A model generated the notes under the pieces. It ran no database searches. It was not told the DNA's origin and saw nothing but the letters and a program-made list of their open reading frames with translations. The translations under genes were made by a program, and so were the position numbers. Below are positions 25,118 to 38,284 of a stretch of DNA of 64,000 nt, in pieces. Each line of letters opens with the position of its first letter. Position 1 is the stretch's first letter. Source of the stretch: the human T2T-CHM13v2.0 reference genome, Homo sapiens; NCBI RefSeq assembly GCF_009914755.1, contig NC_060928.1. One strand, written 5' to 3'.

Positions 25118-26824
25118 TGCCATAAAAACAATAAAATACTTAGGAATGCAGTTCACCAGGGAAAGATCTCTGCAAGGAGAACTACAAAATACTCCTCAAA
25201 GAAATCAGAGATTACACAATCAAATGGAAAAATATTTCATGCTCATAAATAGGAATAACTAATATCATTAAAATGGCCATACTGTTCAAAGCAATTTATA
25301 GATTTAATGCTATTCCTATTAAAGTATTATCAACATTCATCAAAGAACTACAGAAAACTATTTTAAAATTTGTATGGAATCAAAAAAGAGCCCAATTAGC
25401 CAAGGCTATCCTAGGCAAAAAAACAAAGCTGGAAGCATCACACTACTGGACTTCAAATTATACTGAAGGGTTAACAGTAACCAAAACAGCATGGTGCTGG
25501 TAGAAAAACAGACACATAAACCAATGGAACAGAATAGAGAGCCCAGAAATAAGACTACACACCTACAACTATCTGGATTTTGAAAAACCTGACAAAAGCA
25601 ATGGGGAAAGGATTCCCTATTCAATAAATGGTGCTGGGATAACTGGCTACCATATGCAGATGATTGAAATGCCATCCTTACACCATATAAAATATTAAAT
25701 CAAGATGGATTAAAGACTTAAATGTAAAACCCAAAAGTAAAACAACTCTGGAAGACAACCTGGGAAATACCATCAAGATATAGTCACGGGCACAGATTTC
25801 ATGACAAATATGCCAAAAGAAATCGCAACAAAAGAAAAAATTGACAAACAGGATCTAATTAAACTAAAGAGCTTCTGCACATCAAAAGAAACTGTCAACA
25901 GAGTAAACAGACAACCTATAGAATGGTCAAAACATTTTCCAAATTATGCAGCCAACACAGGTCTAATATCAAGTTTCTATTAGTATATTGAGCAAATTTA
26001 CAATAAAAAACCAAAAGACCCCATTAAAAAGTGGGCAAAGGACATGAACAGACACTTTCCAAAAGAAGAGCATGTGGCAAAAAAATGTACGAAAAGAAGC
26101 TCAACATCACTGATCATTAGAGAAATGAAAATCAAAACCACAATGAGATACCATCTTACACTAGTCAGAATGGCTATTTTTAAAAAGTCAAAAAATAACA
26201 GATCCTGGCAAGGTTGTGAAGAAAAAGGAATGCTTATACACTGTTGGTAGGAGTGTAAATTAGTTCAACCATTGTGGAAGACAGTATGGTGAATATTCGA
26301 AGACCTAAAAGCAGAAATACCATTTGACCCAAAGGGATACAAATTGTTATATTATGAAGATACATGCACATGTATGTTCATTGCAGTACTATTCACAACA
26401 GCAGAGACAAGAAATAAACCTAAAAGTCCATCAATGATAGACTAGATGAAGAAAATTTGGCACATATGCATCATGGAATACTATGCAGCCATGGAAAATA
26501 ATGAGATCATGTCCTTTGCAGGGATATGGATGGAGCTTGAGGCCATTTATCCTTAGCAAACTAACACAGGAACAGAAAACCAAATACCGTATGTTTCACT
26601 TGTAAGTGGAAGCTAAATTATGAGAACAAATAAACACATAGAGGGGAACAACACACAATAGGGACTTTTGGAGGGTGGAGGGTGGCAGGAAAAATAACTA
26701 ATGGGGACTAGGCTTAATACCTAGGTTATAAAATAATCTGTACAACGAACTCCATGACACAAGTTTACCTGTGTAAGAAACCTGCACTTGTACCCCTGAA
26801 TTTTAAGTATAAAATAAAATAAAA
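25118..26824 (+). mobile_element. 5'-truncated L1PA13-16-like element
   Basis: ORF2 C-terminal peptides ([21 protein letters not shown]); 3'UTR aaaaataactaatggggactaggcttaatacct...cctgcacttgtacccctgaa; (taaaa)n tail; TSD taaaatgtat(g/a)t(g/t)gca. Confidence 0.93.
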
Positions 26825-29337
26825 TAAAATGTATATTGCAAATCTCAGGGAAACCAAATTTCAAAGGAATAATAATAATATATCAAGAGATGATAATATT
26901 GAATTATATAAAATGCTCAATTAAAACCAGAGAAAGCAGAAAAATATAAAACAAGCAAAAGAACATGCACAACAAATAGAAACATTACAAAGATAGTACA
27001 TTTTATCCAAACAATATCAGTAATTGCTTTAAATATAAGTGATCTAAATAGTGGTTAAAAGGCAGAGATTGTCAAAAAAGATAAATATTAGTACATATCT
27101 CAAATTATATATAAGAATTTTATAAAATTATCTTTAATACTCTAAATAAGTTACAGTATTCTTAATACTGAATTGCAGAGAATGTAATATTAATAGTAGC
27201 AACAACTTTTAAGTAAATGTCTAATAATATTCCAAATAGTTTGAAAATTTTTAGAAATATTAACATTATCTTTTCTTTTTTTTGCCTTTTTTGGGTTTTG
27301 TTTGTACTGTTTCTCTCTTACAATCCCTAGCTAAACTATACTCTTGTCTCAGTCATGATTGAATACAGACAACTACAGCAAATTCTTCTAACGACTTCAT
27401 TGATCAGCCACTATGTGACTTCCAAACCTAACAGGTACTTTTAGTTATGCATAATATTCTCCATGATTTCACTCTCCCTTCTTGCTGAATTAGCATTACT
27501 GACATTAAAATTTTTCTGAATTAGATATAATATTGAGATTTTTCAATAGAGTATTCAGTTAATCTATAACAGTCAAAAAATTTATTTCAGAAGATCATCT
27601 TTAGATAATTTTATTGTTGCTTACTGCTAATACACAGAGATTTCTAAACACTGTCTAGAAAACTATCAAGGTTTCATAAATTTAGTAAATTAAAATTATA
27701 TTGTATTATTTTGTCATCAAACAATAAATAATTCATGTAATTTATCAGATTTATAAGAAAATTCAATAGCTTTCCATTTGAAATAGGCATTAGTTTTGTT
27801 TCAAAGACTATACTATACAACTCTGTTTTGTTTTACCAATCATATGTATGTTTCTTTTCAATTATTCCTTTTTGTTAGTTTTTAATATGTGCAACCATTT
27901 TTGTTATAATCAATCTATTTTCATCACAAAATACATTTCTTTGAAGGAAAATGTTCATATCTCTGCTATATATTATTACATAATTTTAATTATCTTCAGT
28001 TCCAGAATTTCCAAATTTTATTTTTAGCTCTAGCAAAAAAAGTTGCCTATCAATATCCAAATAATCTACCAAGTTTCATTTCAATTCTCACCTACACAAA
28101 TTCTTAATTATCTGTAATGATTGTGATTTATCTAAATACATTAAAATTTTTATTGACAAATAATTTAAATCTATTTATTTAATTGATTTAATTGATTATG
28201 TTATTCAGAAATAATTGGATTTCTTGCCATAGAATAGATAAGAGGAAATTACCTAGAAATTTGTGTTTATTTTTTCCTGATACTTCAGACCATTTTCCCA
28301 GCAAGTCACTGGCACCATATGTACACAGTTCAATAAGGTTTTCATATAAATACGTCTTGAAGAAAACTTTCCAAAATGAAAAAGTATATAATTTTAGATG
28401 CTAATCTGCTCAGTTCCAGAAAATCAAGAAAAAATACACTATTTTTAAAGTCTTGAAATTACCATTGTTGTCATTATCAATGATTCATAAGGAAGAGCAG
28501 AGTGTTGTCAATGTATGGAATTTTATGTCTTGATTTAGAAGTTTTCGGAAAATATTTTTTAATTTCAATTGACCAAAGTTTTGCAACAAGTAGAGGCATA
28601 AAAGTAGAGTACAATGGTGTGGCTATATCAATATTATTATTTTATTACAATTATTTAAAAATTTCAAATTTGAAAATGCTCAATTATTTCTAACTACAGA
28701 GCAGATTTTTTTAAAGTTCTGAATTTTTTTGCTGTTTTATTAAATTTAATTAATAAAATATTTTCTAACTTTATTTCCGAATTTCATTGCTTCATTGTAT
28801 GAAACTTATTTATATATTTTCCCTAATTTATGATTCTAATTATTATTAGTTTTTAATTCAAACACGGGCTTTAACAGAATATAAAATGTATTTTGGTAAG
28901 AAATGTAAAAGTTTAACACTTTCAACTTTTAACAGTACAGGTTTTGAGCATAATTATCAGACATTTACATGATATAGATAAGCAACTGTTTTTGGTTGCA
29001 GTAAGTAAACTGTTTTTCAATCCGGAAATATAAATTGTTATATTCTGTAGTAACCTTTTTCACAGTATTTCACAGGCTTTTTAGGTTCCTCTGATTTGTG
29101 CAAAATGTCAGTAGGTGCTCCAGGCTCTTCATTACTTAAACCATTAAAACCCTCTACTCTGTTTTAACACAGACTCAAAAGACTTATATTTAAATGGAAC
29201 TTTAAAAATGTATCCAAATTTCATTGTCTTTTTATTCTAGACATTTGTGAAAGCTAAAGTATTTAGTTGAAGTAATAGTTGCATAGTTTGGGATTAATGA
29301 TATACTGGCAAGTTTTGTAATTTAGAGAATTATTTTA

Positions 29338-31770
29338 CTTTATTTTATTTTTACTATTTATTATTTTTTATTTATTTTTTCAATTTCAATAGCTTTTGGG
29401 GCATAAGTGGTTTTTGGTTATGTAGATGAATTGCACAGTGGTGAAGTATGAAATTTTAGTGCATCTGTCACCTTAGTAGTATGCATTCCATTCAACATGC
29501 GGCTTTTTTCCCTAGCCCCCTTTTACTCTCCCCTTTCTGAATCTCCAGATTCCATTATATCACTGCGTATGCCTTTGGATACTTATAGCTTAGTTCCCAC
29601 TTGTAAGTGAATACATGCAGTAATTTTTTTTTTTTATTTCTGAGTTGCTTCACTTACAATAATGGCCTCCGCCTCCATCCAAGTTGCTCTAAGAGACATT
29701 ATTTCGTTCTATTTTATGGCTGAATAGTGTTGCATAGTGTATATATACCACATTTTTTTATACACTCATTGGTCAACAGGCACTTAGTTTGGTTCCACAT
29801 CTTTGCAATTGTGAATTGTGCTGCAATAATCATACACATGCTGGTGTGTTTTTGATATATTTAACAGTGATACCCAGCAGTAAGATTGCTGGATTGAAAG
29901 GTAAATCTACTTTTAGTTCTTTAAGAAATCTCTGTACTGTTTTTCATAGAGGTTGTACTAATTTACATTCCGACCTCTTGTGTGTAAGTGTAGCATTTTC
30001 AGCACATCCATGCCAACATCTACTGTTTTCTGACTTTTTAATAACGGCCACTCTTGCAGGAGTAGGTGGATCTCACTGTAGTTTTAATTTGCATTTCCCT
30101 GATGATTAGTGATGTTAAGCATTTTTTTATATGTTTGTTGGCCATTTGTATATCTTCTTTTGAAAATTGTCTATTTATGTCATTTGTCCACTATTTTGTG
30201 GAATTATTTGTTTTTTCCTTTCTGATTTGTTGGAGTTCCCTGTAGATTCTGGATATTAATCCTTTGCCAGTTGCATAGTTTGCAATTTTTTTTTCCTATT
30301 CTGTGGGTTTTCTGTTTAGTCTGATGATTATTTCTTTTGCTATGCCAAAGCTTTTTAATTTAATGAAGTCTCATACATTTATTTTTGTTTTAGTTGGATT
30401 TGCTTTTGGGGTCTTACAAACTCTTTCCCTATGCCAATGTCCAGAAGAGGTTTTCCTAGGTTATCTTCTAGAATTTTTGTGGTTTCAGGTAATACATTTA
30501 AGTCTTTGATGCATCTTGAGTTGATTTTTGTATAAGGTGAGATATTGGAATCTAGCTTCATTCCTCTATATGTGGCTTGCCAGTTTTCCCAGCATCATTT
30601 GTTAAATACGATGTCCTTTCCCTAATTTATGTTTTGGATGCTTTGTCAAAGATCAGTTGTCTCTAAGTATTTGATTTTATTTCTGAGTTCTTTATTCTGT
30701 TCCATTGGTCTATGTGTCTTCTTTTATAATAGTACCATGCTGTTTGGGTAACTATAGCCTTGTAGTATAATTTGAAGTTCAGTAATATGAAACCTCCACA
30801 TTATTGTGGAGGTCTTTTTGCTTAGGATTCTTCTTTTTGCTTAGGATTGCTTTGGCTATTTGGGCCCTGTTTGGTTCTAAATAAATTTTAGCTTTTTTTT
30901 TTTTTTCAAATTATGTGAAAAATCATGTGGTATTTTGATAGGAATTGCATTGAATCTATAGATTGCTTTGGGCAGTATGGTCATTGATTCTTCCAATCCA
31001 TGAGTATGGGAAGTATTTCCATTTGTTTGTGTCATCTATGACTTTTTTTCAGCAGTGCTTTGTAGTTTTCCTTGAAGAAATTTTTCACCTCCTTGGTAAA
31101 GTATATTCCTAGGATTTTGTTTGTTTGTTTGAGTTTGCTTTATTTTTAGCTGTTATAAAAGGTTGTAAATGTACAAGAGATTGAGTTGTTTTTTTGCGGG
31201 GAGTGGGGCGGGGGACAGGGTCTTACTTTGTCACCCAGCCTGGAGTGCAGTAGTGCAATCTTGTGAACTTGACTCACTGCAACCTCCGCTTTCCGGGTTC
31301 AAGGCATTTTCATTTCTCAACGTCCTGAGTAGCTGGGACTACAGGCACACATCACCACACCTGGCTAATTTTTGTATTTTTTGATAGAGAGGGAGTTTCA
31401 CCTTGTTGGCCAGGCTGGTCTCAAACCGCTGACCTCAAGTGATCTACCTGTCTCAGCCTGCAAAAGTGCTGAGATTACAGGCTTGAGCCATGGTGCCTGG
31501 CCCTAGGGATTGAGTTCTTGATTTGATTCTCATTGATCATTGTTGATGCAGAGCAATGCTATAGATTTGGGTACATTAATTTTGTAACCTGAAACTGAAA
31601 CTTTACTGAATTTATTTATCAAATCTAGAAGTCTTTTAGAGGAGTCTTTAAAATTTTCTAGGTATATGATTGTATCATTGGCGAACAGCGATAGTTTGAC
31701 TTGCTCTTTTCTAATTTGGATGCTCTTTGTTTTATTCTCTTACCTGATTGCTCTGGCTTGGACTTCCTGT
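29338..31770 (-). mobile_element. 5'-truncated L1PB-like element
   Basis: T-rich tail; L1PB-type 3'UTR gtggtttttggtta..gatgaattg..cagtggtgaagt; ORF2 peptide [15 protein letters not shown]; perfect TSD agaattatttta (29326-29337 / 31771-31782). Confidence 0.93.
31188..31502 (-). mobile_element. Alu (AluJ/S-type) nested in L1PB
   Basis: Antisense Alu body ending ccatggtgcctggcc; gattgagtt repeated on both flanks. Confidence 0.95.
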
Positions 31771-34700
31771 AGAATTATTTTAAATAATAAAATAATAAAT
31801 AAATAATATATAAACATTCTACAGCCTAATATTGAATGTGCTGATGTAGCAGAAGGGATTGCAACCCTTACCAATAATAGAAGTCCAATTGTTACTATCC
31901 TTCAATACCTTCTAGAATATTTTATTATAGTAATTATTTAATATTTTTATTTAACGATCAATAATGAACCTTTTTATTCTTCTCTACTTACCTAATATCA
32001 GGAAACTTATATTTAAATAAATGATCTACAGTTGTGGAATGATTGCATATCATTTATCTTAGATACAGCAGTTAAGTACAATTTGCTTTGGAAATTTCAT
32101 CAACTCTAAGAATTAGTATGGGTTTCATAAGACTTTTGTGAATATTTTTCTAATCCTGAGGTAGAAAAAACATGTAATCCATAGTCTTCATTATTTCTGA
32201 CATAATGTGACTACTGGCCTATTTACTTGTGCAATAAATTTTATTTGTGTCTCAAAATAAAATTTTCTTTTGAATATAAATGCCTCTGAATCTGATTTAT
32301 GGCATCTGCACATAGAGTCAGCAAAATTAAAATTATTAATATTATATGAATATTAAAATTAAAAAGAACCATTTTATTTGAGAGAAAATAGAAAATTATT
32401 ATATACGGTAAAATATTTATATTCAAGGCATTTGAATAAATACATTTAATTCTTAGACTCACAGTTTTCCTCAATGGGATATCTTTTTATCTACAGAGAA
32501 AAATATTCTACAATTTGACATGTATTTTACCTCTGTTATTTTATGATTTCAATTTTTTAAAAAAAAAATTGTGCCTCTGAGTCTATCTGTGCAAAGGATA
32601 ATTGACATTAGTAAAAATATTTTAAATTTTTGATATATGACCAATATGACTACTTTGTAATTATTTGAATTTGAAGGGTTTCTAAAAGAAAATGATACAT
32701 TAAAATATATTGCCTCAACTGTGTTCAAAGAAAACTTCTCATTAATGAAATTTCAGAATAAAACTAATCAATATAATATGGACTTATATAGTATATATTA
32801 TTTTATCAGATAATTGAAAGAAATCAAGGAGAGATTAAAAAAAAACACAGGTCAAGATAACCTGTTCTATAAATACTTATGCTTCACAGGCTGTTGTGAG
32901 ATTTTGCATAATTTTATTATCTTGAAGTTTACCTTTCTACTTTGTAAATTTTACTTTCCACTTAAAGTTTGTAGCAACTGAAGAAGCATTACAATCTAAA
33001 TTATAGATTAGACATTACTGACACCATTCTTTGAAGAAACTATACAGAAAAGAAACAAAGTTAAAGTAGACTAATTGTAAACTCATTAATACAAAAGTGA
33101 TTCAATGGCAATTTACATTTTGGAAAATCCTTGTTTTTTTTGCTGTTTTTTTTTTTTTTAAATCCAGGGACATTATCATAGATCCATGTCAATTAACACG
33201 GGTGCACACCAAGGAGGACATACATCATTTATGCATATAAGCAAGATGAATCAATTTCACAATTTTACAAGTAACTGGTGGATAGAGGCCCATTTTTAGG
33301 CATTTTCATATGATCTCTAGGTCTTTTTTTAGTTCTCAATTCTCAAAGGAAAATTAATTATTACCTGATTATTTAAGAAATGAGTTCCTTTTAGGATGTA
33401 GCATAAGTAATTTGTATATATCAAAAATCAGTTCTGTCACATTAAATCACCTTTTAAAAATGATTGTCACTGGAAAATCACCAGAAATATTCTTCCCCTT
33501 CAAAATCACTTGATATAACAAAGCCATACATACAGACTTCTGCTGATAAAGTTTACAAAGAACTCAGCGTGAAGCAAAAGATACCAATAAACCAAAAATT
33601 TAGTCATTCTAAATGCTTTTATCTTCTCTAGGTGTGAATTTTCATGTGTTTGTGGCTCATTTTTTGTAAGCGTCAACATTATTTCAAATTAGCTAACAAC
33701 TCATGTAAATTTTTGTCACATGACAAGTCTAATATTTGCTTTAGGAATTTCCATTTTTATGCATACAAACTTAAATTTTATATATAATTTTTATATAATA
33801 AATTCATGTATAATGAATTATACATGTATTACTAACATGTCCTTATTCTGCCTCCTTACAATTATATCTGTTCTTCACATTTACAACTTGAGTTTTCCCA
33901 CACAAAAGAAAGGTATAATGTTTCTATATTTTGTTGCACGCTTGTAAGCCTAATCAGATTTTTTGAACTTATGGAATTAATCTATTCCTTGTGGAAGAAT
34001 ATTTGCCCAGCTAAAATCTAGTTGAACACTATCTTAGTTTAACTTAGAAGAAGAGAAATTGAATTGAAATGCTTAATTGCTTATTTCATCCTTTAAAAAT
34101 GAAGAAACACATAGATGATCTAAAGTAGATGTTAAATTATATTTAATTTAGTAAGATTTCAAAAGAAAAGGTTTTAGTGGTTGTTTCAAGGATTTTTTTT
34201 AAAAAATGGCTAAAGATCAAATTTTAAATTTGTGAATGTCACCTGAGAAAGGTTTGCTGACTTAACAAGATTTATTCTCACTGAGTACTTGTGAGACATA
34301 TGGTTGGCATCTATTATGTCATGCTTTTTCTTTCACTCATACATGTCTGTTGCACTGCAACAGGAGAAAAGGTGAAATAGTAAAATTTTTAGAAAGACAG
34401 TCATTTTATTGTTTACAACTAAAGAAAAATATGTGTATATGCTATAGTGACACATATATATTAATGTCTTCAAGAACACTCTTCACATTATCATATGCAA
34501 ATTAGTGAAGGGCACTTTTGTTAGATGTATTTATGTTGGTTCTAGTTTTCTTCTAGTAATTAGCATAGAATCACCAAATAACACCCCATTTAGAGAAAGT
34601 GGATTTTAAAGAAGAGATGTTTTAGAGATTCTAGAGATTCTAGGAGAGATATTTCTAGAGAGTCAGCTTTAGCAAATCATACTGGAGGATATACCTTTAA

Positions 34701-35089
34701 AGTGTGTTAAAAGAGTAATGCCACAAAGATTACTTTTTATTGTGAGAGTCTTTTATTCTTTTTTCTGTGATCATAATGTTAAGTTGTAGGCACCAAACTG
34801 GTTCACTCATAATAATTCAAAGGCTGAATTTCATGGTAAAGTAGACTCATAGTAAGTCAGGATAGAAGAGCATCTATAATACTTTATAATCTTTTTCCTA
34901 GAAAATAGTTTTTAATTAAGAACAAAAGCAATTCACATTTATTCTTGAAAATCAGCAATGGGCTTAAATTTGGATAAATGTAAATGATCAGTCATTTGGA
35001 GAAATATAAAGAATCATTTTGAAAGAAGCATTGTGATCATTTTTAGAAATTACCTAAATATCTATTGTATTTACTGTCAGTGCTCTGCT

Positions 35090-35535
35090 CTAGCAGTGCC
35101 TCTCAGCTACTTTCATCATTTTAGTCACACTTGACTCCGTGTTTTCACTCCCAACAACTAGCATCTGTTTCTCTTTGTTGGAGGTTGGCCTGAGTCTGAT
35201 AGAACACCCTTTGGACTTTTGTAGAGAGATAACATTTCCTGGGAATTTGTGATCACCCTTCTCTCTCCCACCACAGGCCTTAAAAAATGACTAACCAATT
35301 GAAGTGGTACAAACACTCCCCTTGATTCTGGCTGTGAGCTACTAAGTTTCCTCTCTGGGATTGGGGCAACTTTACCTACTGAAAGACACTGCTTGATATT
35401 GTCCTTTATTTGTACTACTTCTATTCCTGTCCTAGTTTCCCAGAGTTTTGTTGTTTTCCAGGAACACTTCCTAAGAAGTTACCTTCAGATTAAACTTCTT
35501 GTCAAAATCTGCTCCTAGGCAAACTGATTTATGTG
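35090..35535 (+). mobile_element. LTR16-like ERVL solo LTR
   Basis: aatgactaac...tacaaacactcccc...caggaacacttcctaagaagttacctt...tctgctcctagg resembles the LTR16 3' half. Confidence 0.55.
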
Positions 35536-35599
35536 TCCAGATGTAGAGATAATGATGATTATAAATAGATATATGAAAAGGTGCATATACAGATGGAGG

Positions 35600-36049
35600 T
35601 AATTAGTTTCCTAGAGCTGCTATAGAAAGAACTCCAGACTAGGTAGCTTTAAAACAACAAAAATTTATTCTGTTTCAGTTCTAGAAGTTAGAAGTCTGAA
35701 ATCAAGATGTCAGTAGGGTCATGCTTCCTCCAAGACTCCAGGTAGAATTTGTTCTTGCTTCTTCCTAGCTTCTGTTGGTGGCCATCAATCTTTGGTATTC
35801 CTTGGCTTTCAGATGTGTTACTTCAATCTCTGCTTCTGTTGTCACACAGTGCTCTCTCTATGTATCTCTCTTTTTGTAAGAATAACGACTGATGTCCTTA
35901 TTGGAGTAAGGTCCCACCTGACACCAATAGGACCTCATCTTAACTATTTACATTTGCAATAATCCTATTTCCAATTACTATCACATTTTAAGTGTTGAGA
36001 GTTGGGACTTCAACATAATTTTTTGGGGCACACAATTCAACCCATAACA
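35600..36049 (-). mobile_element. MLT1B/C-like MaLR LTR
   Basis: attagtttcctagagctgctata...aaaacaacaaaaatttattct..cagttctagaag...gacctcatcttaact...cacaattcaacccataaca. Confidence 0.88.
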
Positions 36050-36052
36050 GAT

Positions 36053-36082
36053 GATAGATAATAGATAGATAGATAGATAGAT
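36053..36082. repeat. Short (GATA)n
   Basis: gatagataatagatagatagatagatagat. Confidence 0.85.
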
Positions 36083-36336
36083 CACAGACAGAAATATAAA
36101 GATGTCATTCTAGACAGTTTTATGGCTCATTATTTTTTATTATCATATTATAAAATGTTTCATGCATTCAAAGAAGAAGCTATGTGCTGGGTAACAAGTG
36201 TATGTGAACAGTGCTGTGGTGGGGAGCTTATATGCAACCCTGTGCTCCTTTCCTTACTTTGTCCCACTCCTTACAACTAAAATTTTACTTAGTAACTCAC
36301 TAGAACTAGCCTATTACCCTAAGAAATATTTGCATT

Positions 36337-36397
36337 CCAGCCTGGGCGACAGAGTAAGACTCCGTCTCAAAAAAAAAAAAAAAAAAAAAGAAAAAAA
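36337..36397 (+). mobile_element. Extremely 5'-truncated Alu (last 32 nt plus A-tail)
   Basis: ccagcctgggcgacagagtaagactccgtctc + A-tail, flanked by perfect 16-bp TSD aagaaatatttgcatt (36321-36336 / 36398-36413). Confidence 0.95.
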
Positions 36398-36579
36398 AAG
36401 AAATATTTGCATTTATGGAAGTATTTAAGGTACTTACCTATTTTAAATAAAAATAAAATAAAATAGTACACATGAAAAGAAAAACTCTATACCAGAGTAA
36501 AGCCTAGTCCTAATTGATTTGTTATAAAAACTTTAAAAAGAAAAAACTTAAAAGCCAACATTATAATTTAAAAGAGAAC

Positions 36580-38125
36580 CTATTATTAATCTGTTCAGTG
36601 AATTATTTTTTTCCTGGTTCAGTTTTGGAACAGTGTATGCATCCAGGAATTGATTCATCTCTTTTAAGTTTTCTAGTTTGTGTGCATAGAGGTGTATTTG
36701 TAGACGCGTTTGCAGTAGCTTCTGATGGTTATTTTAATTTTTGTGGGATCAATGGTATTATCTCCTTCATTTCTAATTGTATTTATTTGGCTATTCTCTC
36801 TTTTCCTTATTATTATTCTAGCTAGTGGCCTGTTTCGCTTATTAATTTTTTCAAAAAAACAACTCCTTGATTCATTGATCTTTTGAATGGATTTTTGTGT
36901 CTCAATTCTTTCAGCTCAGCTCTGATTTTGGTTATTTTTTGTCTTCTGCTAGTTTTGGGGTTGATTTGTTCTTGCTTCTCTAATTCTTTCTGTTGTGATG
37001 TTAGGTTGTTAATTTGACATCTTTCTAGCTTTTTAATGTGGGTATTTAGTGTTATGAGTTTCCCCCTTAACACTGCCTTAGCTGCCTCTGAGAGTTTCTG
37101 GTGTGTTATATCTTTGTTCTCATTAGATTAAAAAAATTCTTGATTTCTGCCTTAATTTCATTATTTACCAAAAAGTCAATCATGAGTGTGTTTAATTTCC
37201 TCGTAATTGCATGGTTTTAAGCAATTTTCTTAGTCTTGACTTCTATTTTATTGAGCTGTGGTCCAAGAGTGTGTCTGATATGATTTTGTGGGGTTTTTTT
37301 TTGTATTTTCTAAGGATTGTTTTATATCCAATTATGTAGTCAATTTTAGAGTGTGTGCCATGAGGTAATGAGGAGAATGTATGTTGTGTTGTTTTTTTCT
37401 TTATTTTTTTAAGAGACAGGTTCTTACACTGTGTCGCAGGCTGGAGTGCAATGGCGTGATATGGGTCACTGCAGGCTCAAGCTCCTGGGTTCAAGCAATC
37501 TTCCTGCCTTGGCCTTCCAGGTAGCTGCTACAACCAGTGCATGCCACTATACCCAGCTAATTTTATTTTTTATTTTTGTAGAGACAGGGTCTCACTCACT
37601 ATGTTGCCCAGCTGGTCTTGAACTCCTGACCTCAAGCAATCCTCTCACCTTGGCCTCCCAAAGAGCCTGAATTACAGGCAGAGTACTTTTGGGTCTTGCT
37701 ATTTTATCCAGCTTGCTATTCTGTGTAGTTTTACTGGGGACTTCATTTCATTTACATTCAAAGTCCATATTGATGTGTGTGGATTTGATACTGTCATTGT
37801 GTTGTTAGCTGGTTATTATGCTGGCTTGTTTGTGTGGTTGCTTTATAGTGTGACTGGTCTGTGTATTTAAATGTGCTTTCGTATTAGCTGATAATGGTTT
37901 TTCTTTCTATATTTAGTACTCCTTTAAAGATCTCTTGTAAGGCAGATCTGGTGGTAACGAACTCCCCCAACATTTGCTTATTTGAAAATAATCTTATTTA
38001 TCCTTTGCTTAGGAAGCTTAGTTTGGCTTGATATAAAAAATCTTGGAAAATCTTTTTCTTTAAAAACATTGAATATAGATCCTCCAGTCTCTTCTGGCTT
38101 ATAGGGTTTCAGCTGAGAGGTCCAA
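36580..38125 (-). mobile_element. L1 (L1PB/L1M-type) fragment, endonuclease and inter-ORF region
   Basis: ORF 36822-37073(-) [48 protein letters not shown] is L1 ORF2. Confidence 0.9.
37392..37680 (-). mobile_element. AluJ-type element lacking its first ~20 nt
   Basis: gagacaggg...ctcctgggttcaagcaatcttcctgcc...gtagagacagggtctcac (AluJ diagnostics); stops at attacaggca. Confidence 0.93.
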
Positions 38126-38284
38126 CATCTCTTAAAGAAAATGAAGAAATAGAATAATAAAGATTAATAAATTAATCAGCTAGAACATAGAAAATGTAAC
38201 AATGCATAAACGAACTTTGCAGGTGACTTTGGAAAAAACTGCTAGTTGTTCCCAAAAAACTAGCTAGTTGTTGTTTACTCTCTA

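Larger units (their letters stand above)
23470..27090 (+). mobile_element. Ancient L1M 5' region (5'UTR / ORF1 end / inter-ORF / ORF2 start), hosting two younger L1 inserts
   Basis: aaacttctcagtagaaagcatgcaaacaagaagag...aaaattctatattcag (ORF1 C-terminal part); aatatcagtaattgctttaaatataagtgatctaaat..ttaaaaggcagagattgtca (ORF2 start). Confidence 0.65.
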
